Positions 36,211-48,400 of a stretch of DNA of 64,000 nucleotides are shown here, piece after piece. The DNA is from Selaginella moellendorffii (lineage: Eukaryota; Plantae; Lycopodiophyta). Position numbers and translations under genes: made by a program. The notes under the pieces were generated by a model. It was not told where the DNA came from. It worked only from the letters and a program-made list of their open reading frames with translations, and ran no database searches. Position 1 is the stretch's first letter. Each line of letters begins with the position of its first letter. The stretch spans positions 53,602-117,601 of the forward strand of contig NW_003314352.1 in assembly GCF_000143415.4 (NCBI RefSeq). Reading direction: 5' to 3'.

Positions 36211-37729
36211 GATGGCATGTATTTATTTAAAAATGTAACTTATTATGGCATGGGGTTCCATGCCATTGTATTAATATTAAAAGACAATTCTTTGAGAGGA
36301 TTTGCATTATACTAGAAGTGTTACAGCATGTTATTGGAAGTCTACGAAGTTGTTTTATTAATAATGGGAAAGTAAAGATTGAATGGGGACTTGGGCTCCA
36401 CCTAGACTCGGAGCAACTGAGCCAATATTAAAAGGATGGAAAGAAATTGGACGACGATGACAAGGAGAAGAGAGAGGTGAAGCAGTGGCAGGGGGAGGAG
36501 AAGTGATTGAGTAAACATTTCCTTGTTTAAAATAAAATGGCATGTGCCTCAATGCAGTTGAATTTTGTTATATTTATATACTATATAAAGGTTTGGAAAC
36601 CTTATTTTACAAGTGGGATAATGACAATTCCCACTTTAACGAAATAGAGCTTTAAGTTCCCTCACCAAGGTTCCCACCTATGGTACCAGCTCCTACTTGG
36701 TTCTACTTGGTTTTAGCTACTCACTACATGAGCAACGAAGCGTTAGCCACCCATCCACAGATTCCCAAATCTCTCCCAATCCCCCTCCCCGGGTTAAACT
36801 AGACTTAAGGTTCAGCTACACTCCCCGCATGCACAAGCAGCCAAGCACACCAAGCCTCCAGGTTCCTAACATCCCTTGCTACCACAAGACTTGAACATGG
36901 GACCCTCTAAATCCCAAGTCTTGGGTGCAACCCTTGCTTCGGGACGCCGGGGCAAAACACTGTGGCTTAACAGCCCGGTATAGGTACCTCTACCCCCCCA
37001 CTTACATCCCGAAGGGAAGGCCTAAGCCCCTAGAAAGGGCGAGGACCAATGAGCCACAAGGTACTCAAATGGGGCACCACTCCACATAAGCAGGGAGCAC
37101 CACAGTCAATTTCCCTTTCGGGAGTGGGAGCTCCTCTTGAGCACTTCCTTGGGTGGCCCCTCCAGCACCACCCGAGTCCATGCTCACTCCCACCTAAAGT
37201 CCCTTGGCCCCAGTCTCAACCTCAAGTCAGTTTGGAAGCACCACTAGAGAGTTCATTCAAGACTGGGTCCTAGACCTCACTATCCCTACTATACTTTTGG
37301 AACCCCTACAACCCCCCCTTCCCTGGGAGACGCACGCTTTAGGCTTTCACCCCTTGACTTGTATTAGTACTCGAACTCGGTCTCGGACTCGATTTCAAAC
37401 TCGATCTTGGACCCGACTTCGGATTTGGTCTCGGACTCGATTTCGGACCCGATCTCGGACCTGATCTCGAACTCGACCTCAGACTCGACCTCGGACTCGG
37501 TCTTGGACCCGATCTCGGATCTCGGACTCTGTCTCAAACTCGGTCTCGAACTTGGTCTCCAAGTCGGTCTCGGACTCGATTCCGGACTCCATCTCGAACT
37601 CGGTCTTAGAGTCAATCTTGGACTTGATCTCAGACTCAGTCCCATTCGATGAACTCTTTGTCATTTCGGTTATGCTTTCGGGGATCCTTTAGCATACGAC
37701 ACCTCGAGGAGTTAGTTCCTTACAACTTG

Positions 37730-40700
37730 GTTTTGGTGGCCTTGCACCTTGGCTAAGGATGGTGATGTCTAACTTAGTTATTTGAGGTTGAGATGTTGGT
37801 ACCCGTACTATAGCTTTGTTTGTAAGGAGGTTATGTACAGATATAAGTCCATCTCATAGTCTTCACTTGAGTTTTGACTAAGTGTTGTTTATGCATAGCT
37901 AGCCTTTTCAAGGCATGCTCAGAGCTAGTGGCTAAATGCATTAGTGAGCTTATTATGGATGAGTTGGATTGAAGCAGTCATTTAGTTATGCTTGTCTATG
38001 AATCTTTATCTCATATTTGAGGTATTATGTTCATGTTGGATGAATATATGACTCGATGATATGAGTTTAGTGTTAGGTCTTGTGAAGGCAAGTTGAAGTG
38101 TGATTGTTAGTTGCTTTACGATTAGTGATTACTTGTAAACTTTGTCGAGGACTATTTGACACTTGCTTCGCTCGATGAAGATTTAGCAGTGATATGCTTG
38201 CTTTAGTAAATGGTGTTGCAGAGGATCATGTTATTAGACTTATATGGTTTTTCCATGTTGGTATATCAATTCTACCTCTGTTGATATCATTTGTTTGCGT
38301 TTAGTTCATAGTATTGGATTTCATTGAGTCTTGGATGTGGTGAATCACTCATTGAGGAAGTGTTATCTATAACTGAGTTTTGCTGAAGGATTAGTCTCAG
38401 ATATTGACTAAAGTATCTTCAACTTTGGTTAGCTTGGTTGCTAAAGAGTTTTAAGTGGTGATTCACTCTTGCTTTCTTCTAGCTTTGTTATGGTGTTGAT
38501 GGCATTGAAGTGATGCCTTGTCGTTGATATTGTTGATATTGAGATTCAAGTGGAATGAGATGTCTTTCCATAAGATTGATATTGAGTTTCATTAGTTTCA
38601 TTGAAGATAGTGTTGATGATTTGGCTATGAGTATTTCTGCATTAATCTAAAAGCTAACCACAATGGAGCTATGCCCAGCAAGTGATCACTAAACGATCCT
38701 CCATGAATCCATCTACAATAAGACATAACTCACTTTATAACAAGCATAAGGGGAATTATCAATGATCAATATATTTCAACTCAAATCCAATAATAATTCA
38801 AACATTTCAATATCGATCGCTAGCACTTCCTCTCATAAAGTTAGCATTGTCCACAACTAAATCACTTTTCAAGGAAAAGTTAAAGCTCAACCCCTACTAA
38901 ATAATCTTGTCTAAAACACAAGTAACTCAAACTTGCCACTCAATTCGTTTGAACATTAACATAGTTGTTAATTTGCAAATGCACGAATGCCAATAACATA
39001 AAGCCATAGCCAAATCATCAATACTATCTTCATCGAGACTAATGAAACTCGACATCAATCTTTCGGAAAGACATTCCATTTCACTCAAATCTCAACATCA
39101 ACAATGTCAACAACAAGGCATCACTTCAATGCTATCAACACCATAACAAAACTAGAAGAAAGCAAGAGTGAATCACCACTCAAAAATCCCTAGCAACTAA
39201 GCTAACAAGGTCAAAGATACTTTACTTAGTATTCGAGACCAATCCTTCAATAAAACTTAGTTACAGATAACACTTCATCAAGGAGTGATTCACCAAATCC
39301 AAGACTCAATGAAATCCAATACTATGAACTAAACGCAAACAAATGATATCAACAGAGGTAGGATTGATATACCAACATGGAAAAACCATATAAGTCTAAT
39401 AACATGATTCTCCGCAACACCATCTACTAAAGCAAGTCTATCACTACTAAATCTTCATCAAGCGAAGCAAGTGTCAAACAGTCCTCGACAAAGTCTACAA
39501 ACAATCACTAGTTGCAAAGCAACCAACAATCACTTTTCAACTTGCCTTCACAAGACCTGAACACTAAACTCACGCCATCAAGTTATATACTTGTCTAATA
39601 TGAATGTAACATCTCTGGCATGAGATAAGGTTCATGGACTAGCATAAACTAAATGACTACTTGAATCCAACTCAACCTCAATAACCTTACCAACACATTT
39701 AGCCAATAGATTTGAGCATGCCTTGAAGAGGCTAACTATGCATGACTAACACTTAGTCAAAACTAAAGTGAAAACCATGAAATGGACTTATATCAGTACA
39801 CAACCTCCTCATAGACAAACCTATAGTACAGGTACCAACAAGGTGCGGGTACCAATAAGGTACGGGTACTAACAAGGTGCAAGGCCACCAAGACCAAATC
39901 AAGATCAATAAAAGTTCACTACTCTCATAGAGTTTAACAAAATGTAAGGTGCAACTTGCCACCAAGCACAATACTATAAAAGAAAGGCACAAATGTCACC
40001 TTTCTAGAAAAGCGCAACGGCCACTTTTCTACACGAACTTCAGACTCTATCCAACTCAATTGCCTTAGCCCCAAAAGCTAGCATCCCTTTCAGGTTGCAT
40101 CATACAAACTATCTACTAAGATATAAGCCAACCAAAGTCAACTCTAACCCCTTCACTAGTTTGTACTGGCTTACGAAAACAGAATGATTTTTGGACAAAG
40201 TGATCAACAAATTAGCTATTGGTAAAGTCTAAGAAAATTTGTGGAGATTTTTCCATCCTAGAGAAAAAATGATTTTCAGTCCAGGAATACAAACTTTCAA
40301 GACTCAACCAACTTCCTCCTACTAATAACTTCACATAGGTTCATCTCAACATTAATTCTCATGACCCATAGTATGCCTAAGCCTTGAACATGCCACAATG
40401 TCTTGATCATTAATCAAGCAACACCACGAGCAATGCCAATGTCATTACTTCAAAGGTTTATGTGAATATCAAATGCCAACTCAAATCGACAAAATGCAAC
40501 ACAAATGCCACACTTCACTGATAGAGATTTACAACATTGAACACCACTAACTTTTGTTCATAACATGGACAAGCTCATGCCACTCTCTTTCAAACCAAAC
40601 TCAAAATTAATCTATCACCAAGCTACCCAAGGAGCAATAGCAAAGTTCCCTAGAAAAGAATTGAGTATTGCAACCCAAATCTTTAATAGCAAGCCTAGAC

Positions 40701-41066
40701 AGAATGGTATAGCACTTCACCACTATCCATCCCACAACTTGCCATTTGTAAAACTAATATAATCAATATGCATCAAGGTAGGGACCCTTGATTGCATGAT
40801 GTGAATACAAACATTGAGTTAACACCTCGTTGTGAATTATCTCTCCAAGAAGAGGAAATGATTTACGTGTTTAATCCTTCATCCCCAATGACTCTCTTTT
40901 TAGTCTTATCTTTGACCAAACCTCAAGTTTGCATTTGCACTATTTTCAATCCAATCCAAGAAAAGTTTATGAGAGAGCACAGCAATGATTATTTGAACCA
41001 ATAGACTAATCCCTACAGTCTTGGTTGATTCACTTGTAATCATGCCTAGGAAAGATCCACTAGTGC
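37730..41066. repeat. Family C internal sequence followed by an inverted second copy
   Basis: 37730-38629 is the reverse complement of ~39005-39895, and 7618-9342 of ~39895-41066. The right arm lacks ~8290-8850. Confidence 0.85.
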
Positions 41067-41312
41067 AAAAATGGAGGTGCTGATTCCCTTTGGCTCAATA
41101 AGGGTTGTTAGTCAATAGTCAATGAGGACATAGACATCTCTTAAGGAGGGGTGAGTGTAACACATCATTGGATGAGATTTGGATATACTGTCACCATGGA
41201 TCTTTGGAACTTTAGGGGATAAATTGGTATAAAATAACCACTAAGGGTTCTCTCATCAAGCAATTACCCCTTTTCCAATTGGCTTAAGGGGAGAGAGATA
41301 GGGTGCACTACA
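41067..41312 (+). mobile_element. 3' end of a TRIM-family element (PPT plus complete LTR 41156-41312)
   Basis: The LTR matches 6025-6186 and is preceded by AAGGAGGGGTGAG. Confidence 0.8.
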
Positions 41313-43810
41313 GCCAGAAGGGTTAGCTTGGGCACATTGCCAAGTGTGGGGATGCCCTTGGAGTCATGGTTAACGATTTAAATATTTAGAAGACCTAGCA
41401 CCTATTGGTAAACCTGTTAAAGTAAATCACTAAGTGATATTATAGCTAAAACAAAGATAAAATCCTTGTGAGGTTAAAGAATAAAATTTCTAGTTCAAAG
41501 TGTTGATTTGAACTATTGGTAATGGTGTGACTTGATCAAGGTGACACTTAAGGGAAATGAACTATGATAAATATAATGGTATTTTGAGTCCAAGAAAATG
41601 GTTTCTAAGGTATGACCCATGGGTGGGTTGTAAGGTTAAGCTATAGATAGAGCTCACAGTAGAAAGTGCTAAAGACACTTATTAAGGGTGAACACCCATA
41701 AACTTGGCAAAGTAAAAACTTTGTTATGGAACCAAAAGGATACTTCAAGAATGGAGTTAATGATTTTATGTTATTTAGTGCAATAATCAAAGGATAGGAG
41801 TAAAAAACTAATGGTCAAAAATAAGTTATAGAAATCATTGGAAGGAATCCAAATGACAAATTAAACGAGGAATACCAATGTGATAGATACTAATGGATTA
41901 TAGGAAAGGAAATATATTTCCAAAGATGGATTCCCAAATGCTCCAATTTAACAAAGATGAATGCTCCAAGAGGATGGAGTAGCAAAATAACCAAATAATA
42001 AGGCCATGGATAGCCCTAACATGAATTATGCATAAATAGAATTTAATGTCAAGAGTGGTATGATATAAAAAAGGATGATGGTGGCCTCAAGTAAAGAACT
42101 TTCTAGGTGCAATGTAAAATGTCAAACACACCTAGGAAATTGACTAGAGATGTCAATATTAAAATTCTAGAATGCAATAGTATGTTAGTAGAGGCTAAGA
42201 CTACTCTAGAATGAATAGTGAAATTGAAATAAATAAAGGGTCTCTAATGGGTTTAGCAAGAACTAAATGAACAAAGGTAAAGAACTACCACCTGTGATTT
42301 AATAAGACTCTAAAGTGGGAAAACTACACTCCTTAGAGGATGGGCAAGGCATGGTAAGCTTTCAGTATCAAACCATTGACGAATATTGACTTGGTGCTAA
42401 AAATGAAAAAAGTAATACATGATGGTGTTACTTATTGTTTAATGAGGATTTCGTCTAAAGATGGTGGAGTTATGAGACACAAATCCCAAAGCCCCAAAGT
42501 GGAGTTGAAAAGGTGCCCTATGCTAGTGGTCAAAGTAGAAATCAAATAAGCGTAACATGTTTGGACCAAAAGCTCTAACTTGGATAGTCGAGAGTAGGAG
42601 TGGAACTCTGAACAAAGTGCTCAAGGAATGAGCACAAAGTAGTCCGAGATGGAGTCTAAGAAGGAGTCCAAGATGGACTCGAGATGGAGTTTGAAATGGA
42701 GCCCAAGATGGACCCAAGATGGAGTCTGAGATTGAAACTGAGATTGAGACCAAGTCTGAGACCAAGTCCAAATCCGAGACTGAGTTTGAATACTAATATA
42801 GGATGTGGAGCTCAAAGCGATTATCCCCTAGGGTGGGGCTGCAAAAGGTTCCAAAAGTATAGTAGGGATAATAGAGAGAGTGTGGGGGTTTGACTCCAGT
42901 AGAACCAATTTTGCTAGGAAAGGCCAATATGGCTCAGGAAGGTTATACCCACGTGTTGGGTGATGATATAACCACTGGGGAGTCCAAGGCTAGAGTGTTT
43001 ATAGATAGATAAATGGGGTAATTTGGTGAGGTGTTCAAAAGTCAACTTTAGCTCCCCTAGGAGATCCAATGGTCAATGCTCCCAATTGAAGTGTGAGTAG
43101 CATTACCTACTTAGATGTTTGATATGGCTCATCGAAACCTTGCTCTAACCCCATGGCTAAGGCACCTAAAAACGAAAGGTGGGGAGAGTACCCATGAGGC
43201 TCATGTAAGGCCACAGTATTTTGAAATGTCGTCCCAAAGTCCCAGACTATAAAAAGAAAAAGGAGCAATCCTTTTATGTCGTGACCAAGGATATGGTCAT
43301 AGGGTGAGGAAGTCCTAGAGGTCAATGTAACTTAGTGGTTGGGCCGTCAAACCCTAACCCTATAGCAATGTTAGAGAGTATGGTTATAGATGGAAAAGGA
43401 CTTGGTAGGGACTAAAGAAGGGACATTAGGAAAGGGTGTTCCCCATGCCTCCAAGCATCCTAAGGATGTTAAGGTGTAATTTTGGGATAACCACTTCTAA
43501 ATGGATGACTTAGTCTTTGGGAGATAGGGCTGTGATACAGTCTTGGACTACTAATATGATAAATGTGAATGAACATAACCTTAGTGTGACGGGTTGATAG
43601 GTTATTAATACCTTTAGAGTGTTTGTCATAGGATCAAACACATGGAGCATTTGGACTAAGTGCAAAAGTTGAGTGGCATAGATGCCATTCATGGGGCTAA
43701 CATGTCCTCAAATCAAGAATAAAACTTGTGGAGGTTGTGAGTGAGACTCTTTTAAATGGTCAAAAGTATAGTTAAGTGATTAAAGTAGAATAAAAAATTT
43801 AATTACTTAC
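41313..43810 (+). mobile_element. Old family B-related element: 3' internal region, PPT and 3' LTR (42471-43810)
   Basis: 41313-41514 matches 49990-50203. The LTR is a diverged version of 45497-47154. Confidence 0.8.
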
Positions 43811-45496
43811 TGTAAGCCACAAATTTTTCCTTTCCAATTTGCCAGCTTACCTCGTCTATCCATCCAACACTGCCTTAGCTTTTGCTAACTTCCCTTACCA
43901 AGGTTCCCACCTATGGTACCAGCTCCTACTTGGTCTTACTTGGTTTCAACTACTCACTGCACGAGCAACAGAGCGTTAGCCATCCTTCCACGAATTCCCA
44001 AATCTCTCCCAATCCCCCTCTCCGGGTTAGACTGGACTTAAGGTTTGGCTACACTCCTCGCAGGCACAAGCAGCCAAACACACCAAGCCTCCAAGTTCCT
44101 AACACCCCTTGGTACCACAACACTTGATCATGGGACCTTCTAAATCCCAAGTCTTGGGTGCAACACTTGCTTTGGGACGCTGGTGTGAAACACCATGGCC
44201 TAATGGCCCGGTATGGGTACCTCTACCCCCCCACTTCCATCCTGAAAGGAAGGGCAAGGACCAATGAGCCACAAGGTATTCAAGTGGGGCACTACTCCAC
44301 ATGAGCCGGGAGCATTGCAATCAGTTTCCCTATCGAGAGTGGGAGTTGTTCTTGAGCACTTCCTTGGGTGGCCCCTCCGGCACCACCCGAGTCCATGCTC
44401 ACTCCCACCCAAGGCCCCTCGGCCCCAATTTCAACCTTAAGTCAGTTTAGAAGCACCACTGGAGAGTTGCTTCAAGACTAGTTCCTGGACCTCACTATCC
44501 CTACTATACTTTTGGAACCCCCTGAAGCCCCCCCCCCCCCCCCCCGGGAGACGCACTCTTTGGGCTTTCACCCCTTGACCCGTATTAGTACTTGAACTCG
44601 GTCTCGGACTCAATCTTAGACTCGATCTTGGATCCGACTTCGGACTTGGTCTTGGATTTGATCTCAGACTCGATCTCGGACCCGATCTCGGACTCGACTT
44701 TGGACTCAACCTCGGACTCGGTCTCGGACCCGATTTGGATCTCGGACTCTGTCTCAAACTCGGTCTCCAATTCGGCCTCGGACTTTATCTCGAACTCGAT
44801 CTTAGAGTCGGTCTTGGACTTGATCTTCGACTCAGTCTTATCCGATGAACTCTTTGTCATTTTGGTCATGCTTTCGGGGATCGTTTAGCCTACGACACCT
44901 TGGAGAGTTGGTTCCTTACAACTCCACCACCCATAGAAGAAGTTCAATGCCCACATCGAACGTCTCTTTTTTATCTTACAACTTGTTGACCATGTCTCCG
45001 GGGGCATCCCCCCACTTAGCGGAGTGCCTAAGTTAGCCTCCCCGGCCAAGAGCCCATGACAACGGAATATAGGTGTCCCTATACTCCTCACCTCACCATG
45101 CCCTAGTATGGGGTTGGGACTTGAACCCAGCCTTGCTTTACTAGGGGGTTGGGACTCGAACCCAACCTCTGTAGAATACGTCTACGGATTCAACATCCCC
45201 GTAGGGAGTCAGGTGTAGTTCCCTACGCCTGGTCGACTTAGATAACCCATGCTAATTAGCTTACCTTCGGCACGCCTTCAGGTCCCAACATATCCCATTG
45301 CTCAACTTCACAAATTGATACTTTAATTGAACTTTGCATAAGTACATAAAGTTCTGCCTTGCAAAAATTCCTCCACTAGATCTCGCGCGTTCGCTAGGTT
45401 CTCCTCCGGTTCCCATGTTGTTTCACAGTGTGGAAATCCTTTCCACTTCACATGGAACTCTCTCACCTCGCGTCCTTGTCGCTTGCTCTTGCACGC
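43811..45496 (-). mobile_element. Family A copy A3: 3' LTR (43811-44920), 3' UTR and chromodomain remnant
   Basis: Matches 29285-31008 in reverse. Cut inside the chromodomain by the family B LTR at 45497. Confidence 0.92.
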
Positions 45497-48400
45497 TGTG
45501 AGACACAAAATCCCTAGGCCCCAAAGTGGAGCCGGAAAGGGTGCCACGTGGTAGTGGCCGAAGCGAAAGCCCAAACGAGTGTAACACGTTTGGACTAAAA
45601 GCTCTGACTGGGTAGGTCAAGAGCGGGAGTGGAACTCCCAACAAAGTGCTCAAGGAGCGAGCACGAAGCGAGCAATAAGCAAGGCTCCAAAAAGGGACCC
45701 AAAAAGGACCAACATATGACACTTGGAAGTGTCCGAGATGGAGTCCGAGACGGACCCTAGTTGGAGTTCGAGATGGACCCGAAGTGGAGTCTGATGTGGA
45801 GTCCGAAGTGGAGTCCGAGATGGAGTCCGATATGGAGTCCGAGATGGACCCGAAGTGGAGTCCGAGGTGGACCGAGACGGAGTCCGAGATGGACCCGAGA
45901 TGGAGTCCGAGATGGACCCGAGATGGATTCCGAGATGGAGTCCGAGATGGGCCGAGACGGAGTCCGAGATGGAGTCCGAGATGGAGTCCGAGAAGGACCT
46001 GAGATGGAGTCCGAGGTCGAGACCGAGACCGGGACCGAGACCGAGACTGAGACTGAGACCGGGACCGAGACCGAGACCGAGGCCAAGGCTGAGACCGAGC
46101 CCGAGTCCGAGTCCGAGTCCAAGTCCAAGTCCGAGTCTGAGTCCGAGTTCGAGTCTGAGAGGGTGAAAGCCCAAAGCGTTCGTCTCCCAGACCCTAGGGG
46201 GTTTGGTGAGCTCCAAAAGTATAGTAGGGGGAGGACTGCAGTGGAGCCAGTTTGGCCAGGAAAGGCCAGTTTGGCCTAGGGAGGCCAGACCCAGTGTTGG
46301 GTGATGAACTGACCACTGGGAAGTCCAAGACTAGAGTGAATACGGACCGACAAGAGGGGTAGCTTGGTGAAGTGTTCAAGAGCCGGCTCTAGTTCCCCCG
46401 GGAGATCGACTGGCCGATGCTCCCAGTCCAAGTGTGGGTGGCACTACCTACTTGGATACTAGGCGTGGCTCAACGGGACCTCGCTCTAAGCCCATGGCTA
46501 GAGCACCTAAAGGCGAAAGGCGGGGAGAGTACCCAGGTGGCTCGCGTAAGGCCACAGTGTTCCGAAATGTTGTCCCAAAGGCCCAGACTGTGGAAAGGAA
46601 GAGGAGCAGTCCTCTGGGGTAGTGACCAAGGACACAGTCGTGTGGGGAAGAAGTCCCAGAGGACCGTGGGACTTAGTGGTCGGGCCTGTGGGCCTCGATC
46701 CAGTGGCAATGTTAGCAAACACGGCCAGGGGCAGGAAGGGACTTGGTAGGAACTGATAAAGGGACTTTGGGGAAGGCGATTCCCCATGTCTGTGGGCATC
46801 CTAAGGATGCTAAGGTGTGGATCTAGGATGACCACTCGTGGACAGATGGCCCAGTCTTGGAGAGACGGGATGGTGATGCAAGTGGTATTGGACCACTAGT
46901 GCAGCAAAGGTGAATGGGCATGGCCTTAGCGTAACGGGCCGAGACGTCAGTGGTACCTTTGGGTGTCGGTCTTGGGACCGGACACGTGGAGCACTTGGAC
47001 CAGGTGCAAGTGTTGAGTGGCATGGATGCCATTCTTAGGGCTAGCAAGTCCAAAGTCCTGAATTGGACTGATGGAGGTTGTGAATGAGACTCTTCCAAGT
47101 GGTCGGAGGTGTGGTTAAGTGACTAAAGTAGAATGGAAAAATTAGTCACTTACAACTTGGTATTGGAGTTGTTCCTTAGTCCGACTTTTATTGGTGCTCA
47201 AGTATATCACCATTGATATTGGCATCGGAAGGTCCTAGGAGTGGGCCTATCCTTGAGGAGTAGCACGTCAAGAGGACATGGCTCTCCACTCGAGTTCATG
47301 CATGAACTTGGGCACGATGTGGTGGATAGAAAAGGGGCCAGTAAGGGAACGACTTTGGGATCTTGGGAACAGTATATGGTTTTCCTCAGAGAGTTGAGGA
47401 TGTGATCCAGATGAGCGTTTGACTTAGCAAACTGGCTAATGTAGTTGTGGTAAACAACTATAGTTGGGATCACGGGAAAGATAAAAACTCCAAAGCAATA
47501 AAGGAGTCACAAGATTATCCTCATATAGTTGAGGTTGGTGCTCATGAATGTGAGACCAGAAGTAATGACCGTGGGAGGTCAAATACGGAAGAGGACTCTA
47601 GTCCTTGAAATGGTAGCCAGGGCTACCTTTAATAAATGCTGGAACAACCCAAGGAGTTGGGGGGTGTACTTAGAGATGAGTTGGTATTCTCATCACATGG
47701 ACAAGTAGTCCTAAGGGGCAAAGGTTGCCCCAGAGAACAAAATCAACTGTCAGAGCAACACTTGTGAAAATAGTCCTTGTGAGTGAGGATTTGAATACAA
47801 GAAAGTTATATTCCAGTGAGCTGGCACCTCGAAAGTAAGACCTTATAGGTCGGGGGATTAACCAAGTCCAAAACTATTGGATGACTCAAGTAGAGTCAAG
47901 GAATGGTCCTAAAAGGACAGATGGAAGCATTTGGACTGAGGTGTGTTGTACCCCACGAAGGATGGGGGGGGATCATAGGATCCAAGGATGAGAACAGAGG
48001 ATATCTCATCAATGGCAAAATGTGCCATGCTAAAGTCGTGGGAAAGGTGTTCCCAAAAGAAAACAACTTTGACACAAAGTTGTGTGTGACCTCTATGGTG
48101 CAGTACTAACGGATGGTTGGCATGAGAAAGAGTGGTAATGGTCTTGGCAAAAACTTAGACACAAAGAAGAAGTGTCATAGAGGTAGGCTCGTGGAGCCGA
48201 TGGTGTGGAGACACCAAATGTGCCAAGGTGTGATACCTTGAGGCTATGTTGGTGGGTTCATGAGAACCCCCTGCCAAAGGAATCCCAATGGAAATGGGAA
48301 TGGCATAGCCTAAGTTGCAGAGCATGCAGTTGGAGTGTGGTGACCCAGGTAATGATGGAGGTGTGGAAGCACCAGCAATGAGTTGTAGGACTTGACAACT

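Larger units (their letters stand above)
15733..36652 (-). mobile_element. Large TIR DNA transposon (Sola-like), ~13.4 kb excluding the nested LTR element
   Basis: Perfect 24-bp TIR AAGCTCTATTTCGTTAAAGTGGGA (15733-15756 / 36629-36652). 4-bp TSD TAAG (15729-15732, 36653-36656). The empty site GCTAAGTTCC is seen in the sister LTR at ~9416. The Sola assignment is inferred from the 4-bp TSD and the transposase motifs. Confidence 0.92.
9343..37724 (-). mobile_element. Ty3/gypsy chromovirus family A, older full-length copy A1 (hosts the DNA transposon in its 5' LTR)
   Basis: TSD ACTTG at 9338-9342 and 37725-37729. 3' LTR 9343-10443. 5' LTR split into 15654-15732 and 36657-37724. PBS 15639-15650. 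Confidence 0.93.

Noticed and set aside
15959-36558. CRISPR-like reading of the repeated palindromes and minisatellites
   Set aside because: Spacing is irregular, there are no uniform unique spacers and no cas genes, and the context is eukaryotic.
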